DNA of 63,551 bases, counting the filler, from Kipferlia bialata (taxonomy: Eukaryota), in NCBI GenBank assembly GCA_003568945.1. It is 4 parts of 4 records of this genome, joined end to end, with 100 filler letters (N's around TTAATTAATTAA, not from the genome) between each part and the next. Parts side by side here need not be neighbours in the genome. Positions count along the whole stretch, not along the records: positions 27,244 to 54,353 come from BDIP01000173.1; 3 more parts are not named here. One strand, 5' to 3'. The position numbers and the translations under genes were made by a program. Positions 40,701 to 50,638 of this stretch are shown here, in pieces (position 1 is the stretch's first letter; each line of letters opens with the position of its first letter). The notes under the pieces are model-generated. The model made no database searches. It saw nothing but the letters and a program-made list of their open reading frames with translations, and was not told the DNA's origin.

Positions 40701-43700
40701 AGTCAGACAACTGGTGCTGTTATACTGTTCATCCCCCCCCCCCCTCACCCCAGACATCCAGCGGTCTGTGGCCCAGATAGCCAAGTCCAAGTTCGGAGCA
40801 CCCAAGGCCAAGAGGGTCAATGCACCACACTCGGAGGTAGGGTATATACTATAATTATGCAGTATGTATGTCAGTATGATTCAGACAGAGTTTGTAATGC
40901 ACCGCACTCGGAGGTAGGGTGTATATATACTACTATACTAGTGATATCGATTGTTGGACGCTTTTACTATATGAATTTCCAATGCACCACACTCGGAGGT
41001 AGGTGGTGTATTGTATCTGGAAAGAAGGACAGTACTATCTGTATTCTGACTGTGTATACATATCCCACCCCAGAACCGTGCTAGGTGTATACTATGGGTA
41101 ATATGAGTATCACTCTATACACTATATATATAGAGAAGACAGAGTACAGGATTGTTCACTATATATATATATCCCACCCCAGAACCGTGCTAGGAAACAG
41201 TAGTACCCATGTTCTGACTGTGTGTATACTGTATCTCTGTATCTATACATGTCCCACCCCAGAACCGTGCCAGATGGCTAGCCGAGGCCCAGGCCGACCA
41301 CTCTGTGCTACACCTGGCAGCTGCTAGGATGAGGGAGATTGGGGGCAGGATGGAGACATACAAGGGTATGTGTTGTGTATACATTGGCAGGAGGTTCATA
41401 TCCTGATAATGGTATCCTTCTGCCCCCTCACCCCAGCTGCCTGGGACGAGTCGAAGGGAGGGGAGATCAGTGCCCCACCCCCGGCCATACCCATCTCTAT
41501 CAACACAGGTATGGGTAGCTATATCGCTATACCCTACAATTATACAGAGTCACTATCTTGATTCCAATAGCCATCAACACAAGTGGGACAAGGATGTGAT
41601 AAGAACTCACTAAGTCATGTAGATTTCTGATTTCCGTATCCCCCATCTTCCTTCCTCACCCTAGGCCAGCGCCCCAAGTCCATGTCGCGTAGCATGAGGA
41701 ACAACCAGACAGGGTATGGGTGGAAGAGATATAGTATATGTGTATATACATGATATGCACAATGATAACGATATGTTTCAACTATATAACAATATATATA
41801 AGCATGAGGAATAGCCAGACAGGGTGAGACACACAGTGTATATGTGTGATGAATGTATTCGCATTATCCACTCCTTCTCACCCCAGCCCTGGTGCCCCCT
41901 CCCCCGTGTCTCTCACATCCATATCGGCACAGCAGACACTGGCGAGGTATGTAATATATACACAAGCATACGTATAGACATATAGACATATTGATATATA
42001 TGAGTATATATATATATATATGATATACTAATAAATATAGATAATGATATATCGGCACAGCAGACACTGGCGAGGTTGGTGGAGAAAAATAGTGAGACAT
42101 AATTGTATGATCCTTCATATAAGTGTGTATTTATGTGCCCTATACCCTACCCCCAGGTCCATCCCGGCCACTGTGCTCCTGGCACCCAAGGACGCAGAGA
42201 AGGTATGGCGAGACATATATGTATAGATGTATAGATGAAGTAAGTTATACTATTAGTCATATACTATACCCTGAATGTCCCAGTGTCTCCCCCCCTCCCG
42301 CCCTCCCTCCCTTCTCCCTCTCACCACCTTTTCGCAGTGACGCCACTGCCTCTTCATTTTCTCCCTCTGTCTCTTCCTCTCTCCCTCTCTCTCCCTCCCT
42401 TCCTCCCTCTCTCTCCCCCCCTCACCCCCTAGGCCCGCAAGGCCATGTCCAGAGCGGACAGACAGACACTCGACTATCAGGTATGGACTGTATATACCAG
42501 TGTGCATATGGGATACTGTAATTCCCTCAATTATGGCCGGGTACATTCATTGGCGCCATCTCCACCTGTCCGTATACTCCACCTGGTGTCTATAACTCAT
42601 ATGATATGCTCTATCTACTATACTGTATCCCTTCTAGATCCCGCAACGCCAGGTCCTCTTCTGATATCATGTATTGAATGGATATATGTGTCATCTATAT
42701 AGTTGCCAACACTGTAGGTCCAGCAGCGCCAGGCCCTTCTCAACCACTATGGCTGGAGACCATCAGCCCAGTCTCAGCTACTGGTGCAGGTAGAGCGTGT
42801 ATATATTGTTATATATGTGTATATGTATAATCATCTCACCCCCAGGGCTGGACTGTGTCTGCTGCCCAGGGCGCCCCATTGGATGAACCTGACAAGGCAG
42901 TGCCCATACACATACTGCCACTGGGGGCACTAGGTAAGGGGGTGTATGTGTATATATATGATTATGTATGTGTATATGGGGTACACTATACTCACCCCCA
43001 GCCTCTGCCCTCCCCTCTCGGGCCAAGGACAGGGAGAGAGAGAGAGAGAGAGAGGCAGAGCGGACAGGGGAGACTGGGGTGGGGGGTAAGGGGAAGGGCA
43101 AGGGCCTGGCACTCCTCACAGTGTCACTCACAGGGTACGTACTTGTGTATAGGGGTATACATCCGTATGATTACGATCCACATTCTTCTGGCACTGACCC
43201 CCCCCCCCCTGACTCCAGCAACGACACCCTACCCCCTCCCAGGGTGAGTGAGGTGCTGTCCTATGCCCAGCCCCTGTCCAGACTAGAGGCATATGCCAGG
43301 GGGGAGGCACTGCAGAAGGTATAGGCACATGCATGTGTATAGAGATATATATATGATATACATTGTCAGTGTATACATACGTGTCTGTGTCTTACTATTA
43401 AAGTATATATTTACCATATATGCCAGGGGGGAGGCACTGCAGAAGGTATGCGACTATATGCAATATAGTATATACTACCGTGTTTATCCCCTCCCTCACT
43501 TGCCAGGTCTCCAGCACCGAGATATCCAGGCTGATCAGAGGCCAGGGCGAGGGCTTCATCCCCCTGAGTGCCCCTGTCCCCTCTACTGTACTCACACCAA
43601 ATGGCAGGGTGCATGATGTGTGCAGACTGTCACAGAGTGGGAGGTGTGTATGTATATGTATGTATGGATATATATGTATGGGTATGTGTATATATACCAT

Positions 43701-44496
43701 ACCATACTGACACTGATACCCATGTGTGCAGACTGTCACAGAGTGGCAGGTATGGATATATATGTATGTATGGGTATGTATATACATACTATACCATACT
43801 GACACTGATACCCATGTGTGCAGACTGTCACAGAGTGGGAGGTATGGATATATATGTATGTATGGGTATATGTATGGGTATGTATATATATATATATATA
43901 CAATATCATATTGATACTAACTCCAGCTCTGTCCCCCTTGGGGGTGGTTCCCCGGGCAGGGTGTGTATATATACTATATATGCTATACTGTATATATTCT
44001 ATACTGTATATATATCATACTGACGCTCAGCTCTATCCCCCTTGGGGGTGGTGCCCAGGGCAGAGTGGATCAGTCCAGACTGAAGGGACTCAAGGAGGGG
44101 GTGGACAAGAGCAGGTGCAGATATCATACTGGTGGTGTGTTAGTTATAATTATATATATACGGATTCGTGTATATAGGATACTAATACTGGAGGCTCAAG
44201 GAAGGGGTGGACAAGAGTAGGTACAGATACTGCGGTTGATTGATATGGTTGTATATATATATGTAGGTATATATATATGGTACTGTTAGTGGGTGTCTCT
44301 AGGAGGGGGTGGACAAGAGCATGTATGGAGATACTCATACACTCTGATATATTAGTATTTAGTCTGTATATACCAACCCCCCCCCCCCACCCCAGTCTGT
44401 ACCGAATCAGTATCAGTGTAGTATATACACACACATATCAAATGTATACGCATCAGTAGCAGTATAGTATAGTATATACATACTCACATACATATA

Positions 44497-44543
<47 letters not shown>

Positions 44544-44801
44544 CCCCTCCCCCCCCTCCCCCCCCCCCCCTCCCCCCCCCCCCCCCCCCCTTACATAAGT
44601 CTCTGTCTCCATAATTGTTATACTGATCCCAACAGTTTATATGTGTATGATGAGCGATTCTGAAACTCCATCTATGGATGTATTCGTAACCCTAGGCGTA
44701 TCTCTGGTCACCCCATGTGCGACAGGGCAGTACTGTTGCTGAGGAGGGAGTTTGGAAGGAAACAGGTGTGTATTCTCTCTATACCCCCCCTTACTCTGTA
44801 A
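36296..44801 (+). CDS. DMAP1: DMAP1/Swc4(Eaf2)-like SANT-domain subunit of NuA4/SWR1, many exons
   Basis: Exon-derived motifs in order: RSILDLP (cf. RDILELG), EWEEAQ|PPAHPLRTDGYAPRAWMH (cf. WMPFTNPARKDGAMFFHW), VHPVVFPPLTHSTYFPVLQ|DSDWTIEETRGVVDAMVR|ADLN...|DRCEASLLKRFQDVC (cf. DDAWTKAETDHLFDLSRRFDL...RSVEDLKERYYHIC), and late QSRLKGLKE...PMCDRAVLLLRREF. The start codon is not visible. The 3' end is either TAA at 44799-44801 or a splice into the next ORF. Confidence 0.72.
38257..39042 (+). repeat. Array of 7 diverged copies of an exon 3' end + GT donor following the real exon
   Basis: ATGCACGGGGACCCAGACAGACAGCAGATGCAGAG[AG]GAG|GT at ~38257 (real), 38351, 38500, 38614, 38720, 38811, 38897 and 38999, separated by TA-rich spacers. 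Confidence 0.9.
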
Positions 44802-44969
44802 TAGGATGTCTTAGAGAATCATACTCTTCCATATATATATATATGTGTGTGTGTGTGTGTATGGTGGAGAAGGGATTATTGCTCTCTCGTTGCCGAAACC
44901 CCAACGCATATGGTCCTCTCTCTCTCCATAGGTATATATATGTATGTTTGTTTGTGCGAACATATAGGT

Positions 44970-47900
44970 ATGAAGGAACGTCTTCAGGGTGTACTATTTC
45001 TCTCTCGCTCAGAATGTCTAATTATTGCTGACACCCAGCCTGCTGTGGTCCTACGACTCGCCAGCACACCTGGCAAGCGTAGTGCTAGGGAGGTGACAGG
45101 CACTGCTGCCAGTGCCCTCAATAAGGGTGCAGTTACTACCTCCGGTACTACCAGGGGGGCAGTGTCCTTACCTGCTAAGCGGGTGCCTCCCGTACACGCT
45201 ACTGCCATGCATCAAACACCTCTTGTCACCGCCACCCCCAATTCTGAGACTGATGTTTCCCGTCCTTCTGAGAGTGTACACGCAACTGCAAGTGGTGCCA
45301 CTACCCAACCCATCCCAACGGTGTCCGATACTGCCACTACTATACCAGATTCAGTGTGTGTGGATACTTCAGCCTCCTCCTGTTGTGAGCGTGGGTGTCT
45401 ATCCCTCTACCACTCGTACAAGTCAGTACTCGCCAAGCAGCGCAAGCGAGAGCAACTCTCTGAGTCAGAGCAGGGTGTGATGGAAGGGGAGGGGCTTGGG
45501 GCTGCCACTCCTATGCTGAATGCACTGAGGTGTATGAAGAGAGAGCTTAGGGGTCAGCACGGGCAGAGCAAGAGGATGCGGCAAATCATATTCATTGGGT
45601 CATGGATGATGGGGGGTGAGGGTACAGGGGGAAACGCTCTCTCCTCACCTTGCGATGCAGCCATTGCACGTATGCTTGGCGTCAGTGTGGGGTTTGTAAC
45701 CTCTGCTAGGGACTCTCTAGAAGCAGAGGCATCTGAGGCAATATCCTCCTCTGAGGAGTCTAGCAGTGAGAGAGTAGGTACTATACCCTATGGTGATGCA
45801 CCACCAGGGTACCCAGAGGGTGAGGTGGAGCTAAGGGTGGAGACACAGACTCAGTCACAAGAGGTAGAGAGGGAGAGAGAGGAGGGAGAGGAGGAGAGTG
45901 AGGAGTCTACCCCCTATGGATACTCCCCTATACCTTACAAGTGCTGCCAGAAAGGTTGTCTGCGCAATCTCTCCCGCTCTGACAGGGAGAGACTAGGGGC
46001 TGCCGTTACTGAGATGCGGAGGTCCCTGCGGAGTCTCTCTCCTCTCGAGCGGGCAAGGCTGAAGGTGGAGTTCTTTGCCAAGTACATCTATGACGTTGAC
46101 AAGAGAGAGCACAAGCTGCCTATTGTTTGTAACTCGGCCATTCGGTCACTCTCGCTCTCTACTTCGACGTCGCAGTTAATCAAGCGTGCTGTGACGCGAT
46201 ATGGGTCCCATCGTGCAAAGAACGGTGTACGGTCACCTGGGCCTACCGAGGTAGTGAAGAGAGAGAAGGAAGAGGAGAGTGAGGAGGAAGAGGAGGAAGA
46301 TGAGGAGGAGGATACTCTCTATGACCGTTTCCCATCTTCAAGGTCTAGTGCTGCTCGACAGACAACTGCTTCTGAGGTAGCGAGGGACCACCTTGAGGGT
46401 ATAGAGGAGGCTGCTGCTGCCTTATGTGCTGAGTTTGGTAGTATGAGGGCTGTACCATCCAACAGGAAGGTTGCTTTCATCCGAGAGTGGTTCTGCAACA
46501 GCTCAGGTGCCATTACTCATAACCGTACAGACATCAGAGCCTATATGAGTTGCGGCTCTGAGATCATTGCCACTGTAACTAAGAATCCTCGTCCAAAGGT
46601 GACCCCATCTACCTCACAGAGAGGCAGATCTCAGCGACATGTCTCTGATAGGGGAGCGTCTAGTATCTCCACCCCTGCCGGTGTGTCTAGTACTACATGT
46701 CCCCCCGGCACCCTGTACGAGGGACAGGAGGTGGGCCCTCTATATGCATGGCTGCAGCGGAGATACCCGGATAAGCACCTCCCTGCTGCTAAAGAGGCCA
46801 AGAGGCAGCTTATCCAGAGGTGCTGCATTGACATAGCCACTGGCAGGCTGGCTGCCAAGCACAGACTGGTCAAGGAGTGGTTCCACTGTGGGGGTGACAC
46901 AATGCTAGCAGTGGAGAGGGAGTGTGTACAACTAGTGGCTGAGAGGGGAACTGTCTACACCAGGGAAGAGCGGTTGCAGGCGATACACAACCTTAAGTGT
47001 GAGATGGAGAAGGAGAGTGATGTTGCAACGACACCAAGGCGTGGTAGGAGAGACTCTACCGGTAGTAATAAGCGTCCTCGCAGTAAGGTCAGACATAGTA
47101 GGGATGTGGGACCCCCTGGTACTATACATGAAGGAGAGGACATGGCAGCAGCATATGCAGCCTATGCCGCTGAGTATCCTGGGCATATCAAGACACCAGA
47201 GGGCAAGGCAGTCAGACTCAGACTGATCAGGGAGTGGCTGCTCGACAGAGAGACTGGGCTGCTAACCGTGCCCTACTCTGTAGCAGAGGCCGCCTGGCAC
47301 TGTGGGGGAGATGTCATCAAGGAGGCCATGGCTCAGGAGAGACGGGAGAGAGAGGGGTCAGAGGGGTCAGAGGGAGAGACTGTTGACCAGCCCAATCTGT
47401 TGGCTAGTGATTCCGAAGATTCCTCCTCTGTAGACGTGGATATGTCATCTGAGAGTGTAGATGACCAGGTCACATACTATCCAGAGATGGAGGAGGAGTT
47501 TGTGTGGGAGAGTGAGACCAGTACCTCTATCCAGGAGTATGCAGGGTCTGCTGCCATCGATACACCCACTCAGAGTGGTGATATGACGGCAGGTGGCTAT
47601 TTCCCATCCACTTGCTGTTCCAACCAATGTCTCTCCAGTCTCCCAGTCTCCACTCAGTATGAGCTTAGGTCAGCACTGGATACCATGCTTGCATCCTTTG
47701 AGGGCATGTCCAGAGAGGACACTGCCAACGCCAAGCTGGACTTCTTTATGAGGCATGTCTACGACATCGACCGCGGTGCCTACCGTATCCACCCTAAGCC
47801 TTGCAACAAGGCTCTCAGATACTCCCTTAGACTCTCTGACTCTGGACATGCACTGGTCACTCGGGGCAAGGTCCGGGCCATGATCCTTAAGGACCAAGTG

Positions 47901-50012
47901 CCAGATGAGGTTGGGTTCCCAGGCACCTACCGTGCTGGCCAGAACCTCACGGCTGCACTTAGAGGTCTGACTCTGGATAGCAGTGGTACCCCCCTCAGGG
48001 TGAAAGAGCGCACTGCAGCTAAGGCCCAGTTCATTAGAGAGTGGTACCTACCAGCAGCAGACCCGCAAGGCCCCTTAGTGTGTCTGAGAGAGAGGATCCT
48101 CAAGTCGCTGCGGTGTGGGAGAATGGTCATTCGCAAGGCCCGTTCACTTCCTCTACCTAGTGAAAATGCTCCTTCTGTTGTGGAGAATACTTCAGAGGAG
48201 CCATCTGAGGAGGAGAGAGAGAGAAAAAGAGAAGATAGGAGAGGGCCTGTCTCTGTGGAGGTACGAGACTCTATCTCCGAGCATGCTCCTGTACTTCTGG
48301 GTCCACTTGGGTCTCTGCATGAGGGAGAGAACATGACCGCTGCCTACTCTACGTATACTAAGCAGTACCCTAATACGTACACCCCGAGGGCTGTGAAGGC
48401 CAAGTCCAGGTTCATCAGGGAGTGGTGCACTCATAGGTTGACAGGGGAGTGGGTGATGAGACCATCAATGGTGATGTCTGTGTTTAACTGTGGGGAGTCC
48501 ATGATAGAGTGGGCCGGTGCAGAGGCAGTCAAGGAGGCGACACTCGCACAGGAGAGACGAGAGCGAGTGTCGCGTCGACTGGGTACCCTCCATGATGGGG
48601 AGGATATCGAGGCTGCCTACCATCAGTTTCTTAGACAGCACTCCTCCAATAGGGGATACTGGGGGGGAGACGCACCTACACCCACGTATCATCTACGGCA
48701 GCTGATCAGAGACTGGTGCATGGATGTTGAGACCGGCACATGTGTGCTGGCCTATAGGGACGTGGCCAGTCTCTTCAAGTGTGGCGTGTCACTGGTTAAG
48801 AGTGTAGAGGAGGAGACGCTCATGGCCATACAGTTGAGTAGCAAGCGCCAAGTGGCTGCTGCTGAGGAGAATTCTGAGGATCGTGTTAGGGAGGAGACTA
48901 CTACCAATGCTGTCACTGTGATCGAGGAGGAGAGGCCCGTTGGTGCCTCTGCTTCCACTGTCCCTGTGGCTTTGAGTGTTGATGAGCCTATGCCCCCAAG
49001 TGGTCAGGTCTCTACCCAGACATGCAAGGCTCCAAGCCAAGACAACAGTATTCAGCCTGTAGATGACCTGATGAGGCAGCCCCCTCCTCCTATCGACATC
49101 CCCGTGGTCAAGGTGCCTATACTGCCCGTGGGTGACAAAGTGCGGCAGGTTCTTACCACTCCATCGGTCCCTGGCCCTACCGACCCTACCGCTCTCCAGG
49201 CTCCCTCCCAGACTCTTGAACCTCAGGCACCATATGTCCAGGGTCCTACTGAGACAGGTTCTCACAAGGCTCAGGTTGTGTCCCACACCTCCTATCCCAA
49301 AGCCCCCCATGTTCCACCACCCTTAGCATTGAGAGACCGCTACCTTGGCCCGAAGGGTACCTATAGGGAGGGCGAGGATCTAACTGCTGCTCTTCGCTCC
49401 CTAGCGGCTGAGAGTGGAGGTGACATGCGTGCTGTGTCTAGTGATGTCAAGGCCGAGTTCATAAGGGAGTGGTTTGTGGTGGAGGCGGACCCTCATCCAA
49501 CTAAGGCTCTGGCCTGTAGTAGCCTTTTCGTTCAGAGGGTGCTGCAGTGCCCTGAGGCTGATGTCATGCTGGGCAGACAGCTCAAGGTGCTGGGTGATGC
49601 TGAGCAACAACACCCTGTAGTGGCGTCACTTCCACAAGCAGCCGCTGCAGTGCCACCTGCCGTTGTGCCAGTGAATGCGGGTAGCACGTGTATTCCCGGG
49701 TCTCAGGATGGGGGGCAAGAGGTGGTTGGTGTTCAGCGGCCGAGTGAGGCAAGTACTCCTTACACCGGCTCTCCTAACGAGAGCGCAGTTGATTGGGGTC
49801 AGAGGGAGAGTGGGGTTACTGGAGATATTGGCATGTCTGACAGTCAAGTGGTACCAGTAGAGTCCACATCGTCCACTGGAAGTGACCACACCATAGAGAG
49901 TGACCACATTGAGGTCAAGTTCACAGCCTATGTCTCAGTGAGTGATGAGACTGGGAACGCTCCAGACGCTTCTGAGGCACAAGGCGTCCTTCCCGCCAAA
50001 GGCCCTTCCTGA
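44970..50012 (+). CDS. Large protein (~1,660 aa) with ten copies of an unrecognised helical module
   Basis: Uninterrupted ORF 44847-50012, with a candidate ATG at 44970 and an in-frame acceptor CTGACACCCAG at 45038. Three CCxxxCL...[PV]Cxx A modules and seven G[TS]x2[ED]G...[FL]IR[ED]W...CG-type modules are separated by acidic or Ser/Pro-rich linkers. Confidence 0.85.
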   Translation: MKERLQGVLFLSRSECLIIADTQPAVVLRLASTPGKRSAREVTGTAASALNKGAVTTSGTTRGAVSLPAKRVPPVHATAMHQTPLVTATPNSETDVSRPSESVHATASGATTQPIPTVSDTATTIPDSVCVDTSASSCCERGCLSLYHSYKSVLAKQRKREQLSESEQGVMEGEGLGAATPMLNALRCMKRELRGQHGQSKRMRQIIFIGSWMMGGEGTGGNALSSPCDAAIARMLGVSVGFVTSARDSLEAEASEAISSSEESSSERVGTIPYGDAPPGYPEGEVELRVETQTQSQEVEREREEGEEESEESTPYGYSPIPYKCCQKGCLRNLSRSDRERLGAAVTEMRRSLRSLSPLERARLKVEFFAKYIYDVDKREHKLPIVCNSAIRSLSLSTSTSQLIKRAVTRYGSHRAKNGVRSPGPTEVVKREKEEESEEEEEEDEEEDTLYDRFPSSRSSAARQTTASEVARDHLEGIEEAAAALCAEFGSMRAVPSNRKVAFIREWFCNSSGAITHNRTDIRAYMSCGSEIIATVTKNPRPKVTPSTSQRGRSQRHVSDRGASSISTPAGVSSTTCPPGTLYEGQEVGPLYAWLQRRYPDKHLPAAKEAKRQLIQRCCIDIATGRLAAKHRLVKEWFHCGGDTMLAVERECVQLVAERGTVYTREERLQAIHNLKCEMEKESDVATTPRRGRRDSTGSNKRPRSKVRHSRDVGPPGTIHEGEDMAAAYAAYAAEYPGHIKTPEGKAVRLRLIREWLLDRETGLLTVPYSVAEAAWHCGGDVIKEAMAQERREREGSEGSEGETVDQPNLLASDSEDSSSVDVDMSSESVDDQVTYYPEMEEEFVWESETSTSIQEYAGSAAIDTPTQSGDMTAGGYFPSTCCSNQCLSSLPVSTQYELRSALDTMLASFEGMSREDTANAKLDFFMRHVYDIDRGAYRIHPKPCNKALRYSLRLSDSGHALVTRGKVRAMILKDQVPDEVGFPGTYRAGQNLTAALRGLTLDSSGTPLRVKERTAAKAQFIREWYLPAADPQGPLVCLRERILKSLRCGRMVIRKARSLPLPSENAPSVVENTSEEPSEEERERKREDRRGPVSVEVRDSISEHAPVLLGPLGSLHEGENMTAAYSTYTKQYPNTYTPRAVKAKSRFIREWCTHRLTGEWVMRPSMVMSVFNCGESMIEWAGAEAVKEATLAQERRERVSRRLGTLHDGEDIEAAYHQFLRQHSSNRGYWGGDAPTPTYHLRQLIRDWCMDVETGTCVLAYRDVASLFKCGVSLVKSVEEETLMAIQLSSKRQVAAAEENSEDRVREETTTNAVTVIEEERPVGASASTVPVALSVDEPMPPSGQVSTQTCKAPSQDNSIQPVDDLMRQPPPPIDIPVVKVPILPVGDKVRQVLTTPSVPGPTDPTALQAPSQTLEPQAPYVQGPTETGSHKAQVVSHTSYPKAPHVPPPLALRDRYLGPKGTYREGEDLTAALRSLAAESGGDMRAVSSDVKAEFIREWFVVEADPHPTKALACSSLFVQRVLQCPEADVMLGRQLKVLGDAEQQHPVVASLPQAAAAVPPAVVPVNAGSTCIPGSQDGGQEVVGVQRPSEASTPYTGSPNESAVDWGQRESGVTGDIGMSDSQVVPVESTSSTGSDHTIESDHIEVKFTAYVSVSDETGNAPDASEAQGVLPAKGPS

Positions 50013-50638
50013 GTTCTGACATGCCCACCTACACATGGTGTCGGCCTTACACCTGCTCGTGCCAGTAGAGTGGGTATCACTCGACCCTACTCTCTTGTCC
50101 ACTAGGGAGACCCTGACTCGAAGTGGAGGCCTAACCATACTGATGGCATATCCAGTCGGGGTGGGGGGGGGGGGAGGATTCAGCCAGCATCGTAACACAC
50201 TCACTAGGAGCATGTTGCTCCACTTTGAACCAAATTTTGTCCCCCTCAATAGTGGGCCTGGTTTGGTTTCCCACCCGTGCTACCATGCCCGTACACCCCT
50301 CTCTTGACCTAATTATATTGTCTATACCACTTTCTGGCGTAGAGATGATCTATGTTGAGTAGAGCTGTTGCTCTCAATGGGTCAGACACTTCTGGGCTTT
50401 GGCTCTGTGTATGTTGACACTCAGAACAACATATTCCTAGTATTGTATGAGTGTTTGCGAGTTAGAATAGAGTCTATTCAGGAGATCTGGCATCTATATA
50501 TCTGGCATCTATTGTCATGACTAGGTATATTTCCAAAAGAGTTTTGGATTTCGAAATACCGAGTAGTGACAATTGTTCTGTGTCAATTGAGCTCCATTCA
50601 ATTCTGAGATCTCACTCCTTCTTCCAGACACTCCCCTA

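Noticed and set aside
44847..50012. Autonomous transposon
   Set aside because: No DDE, RT or tyrosine-recombinase motifs, terminal inverted repeats or target-site duplications are seen. Only possible DNA-binding-like modules are present.
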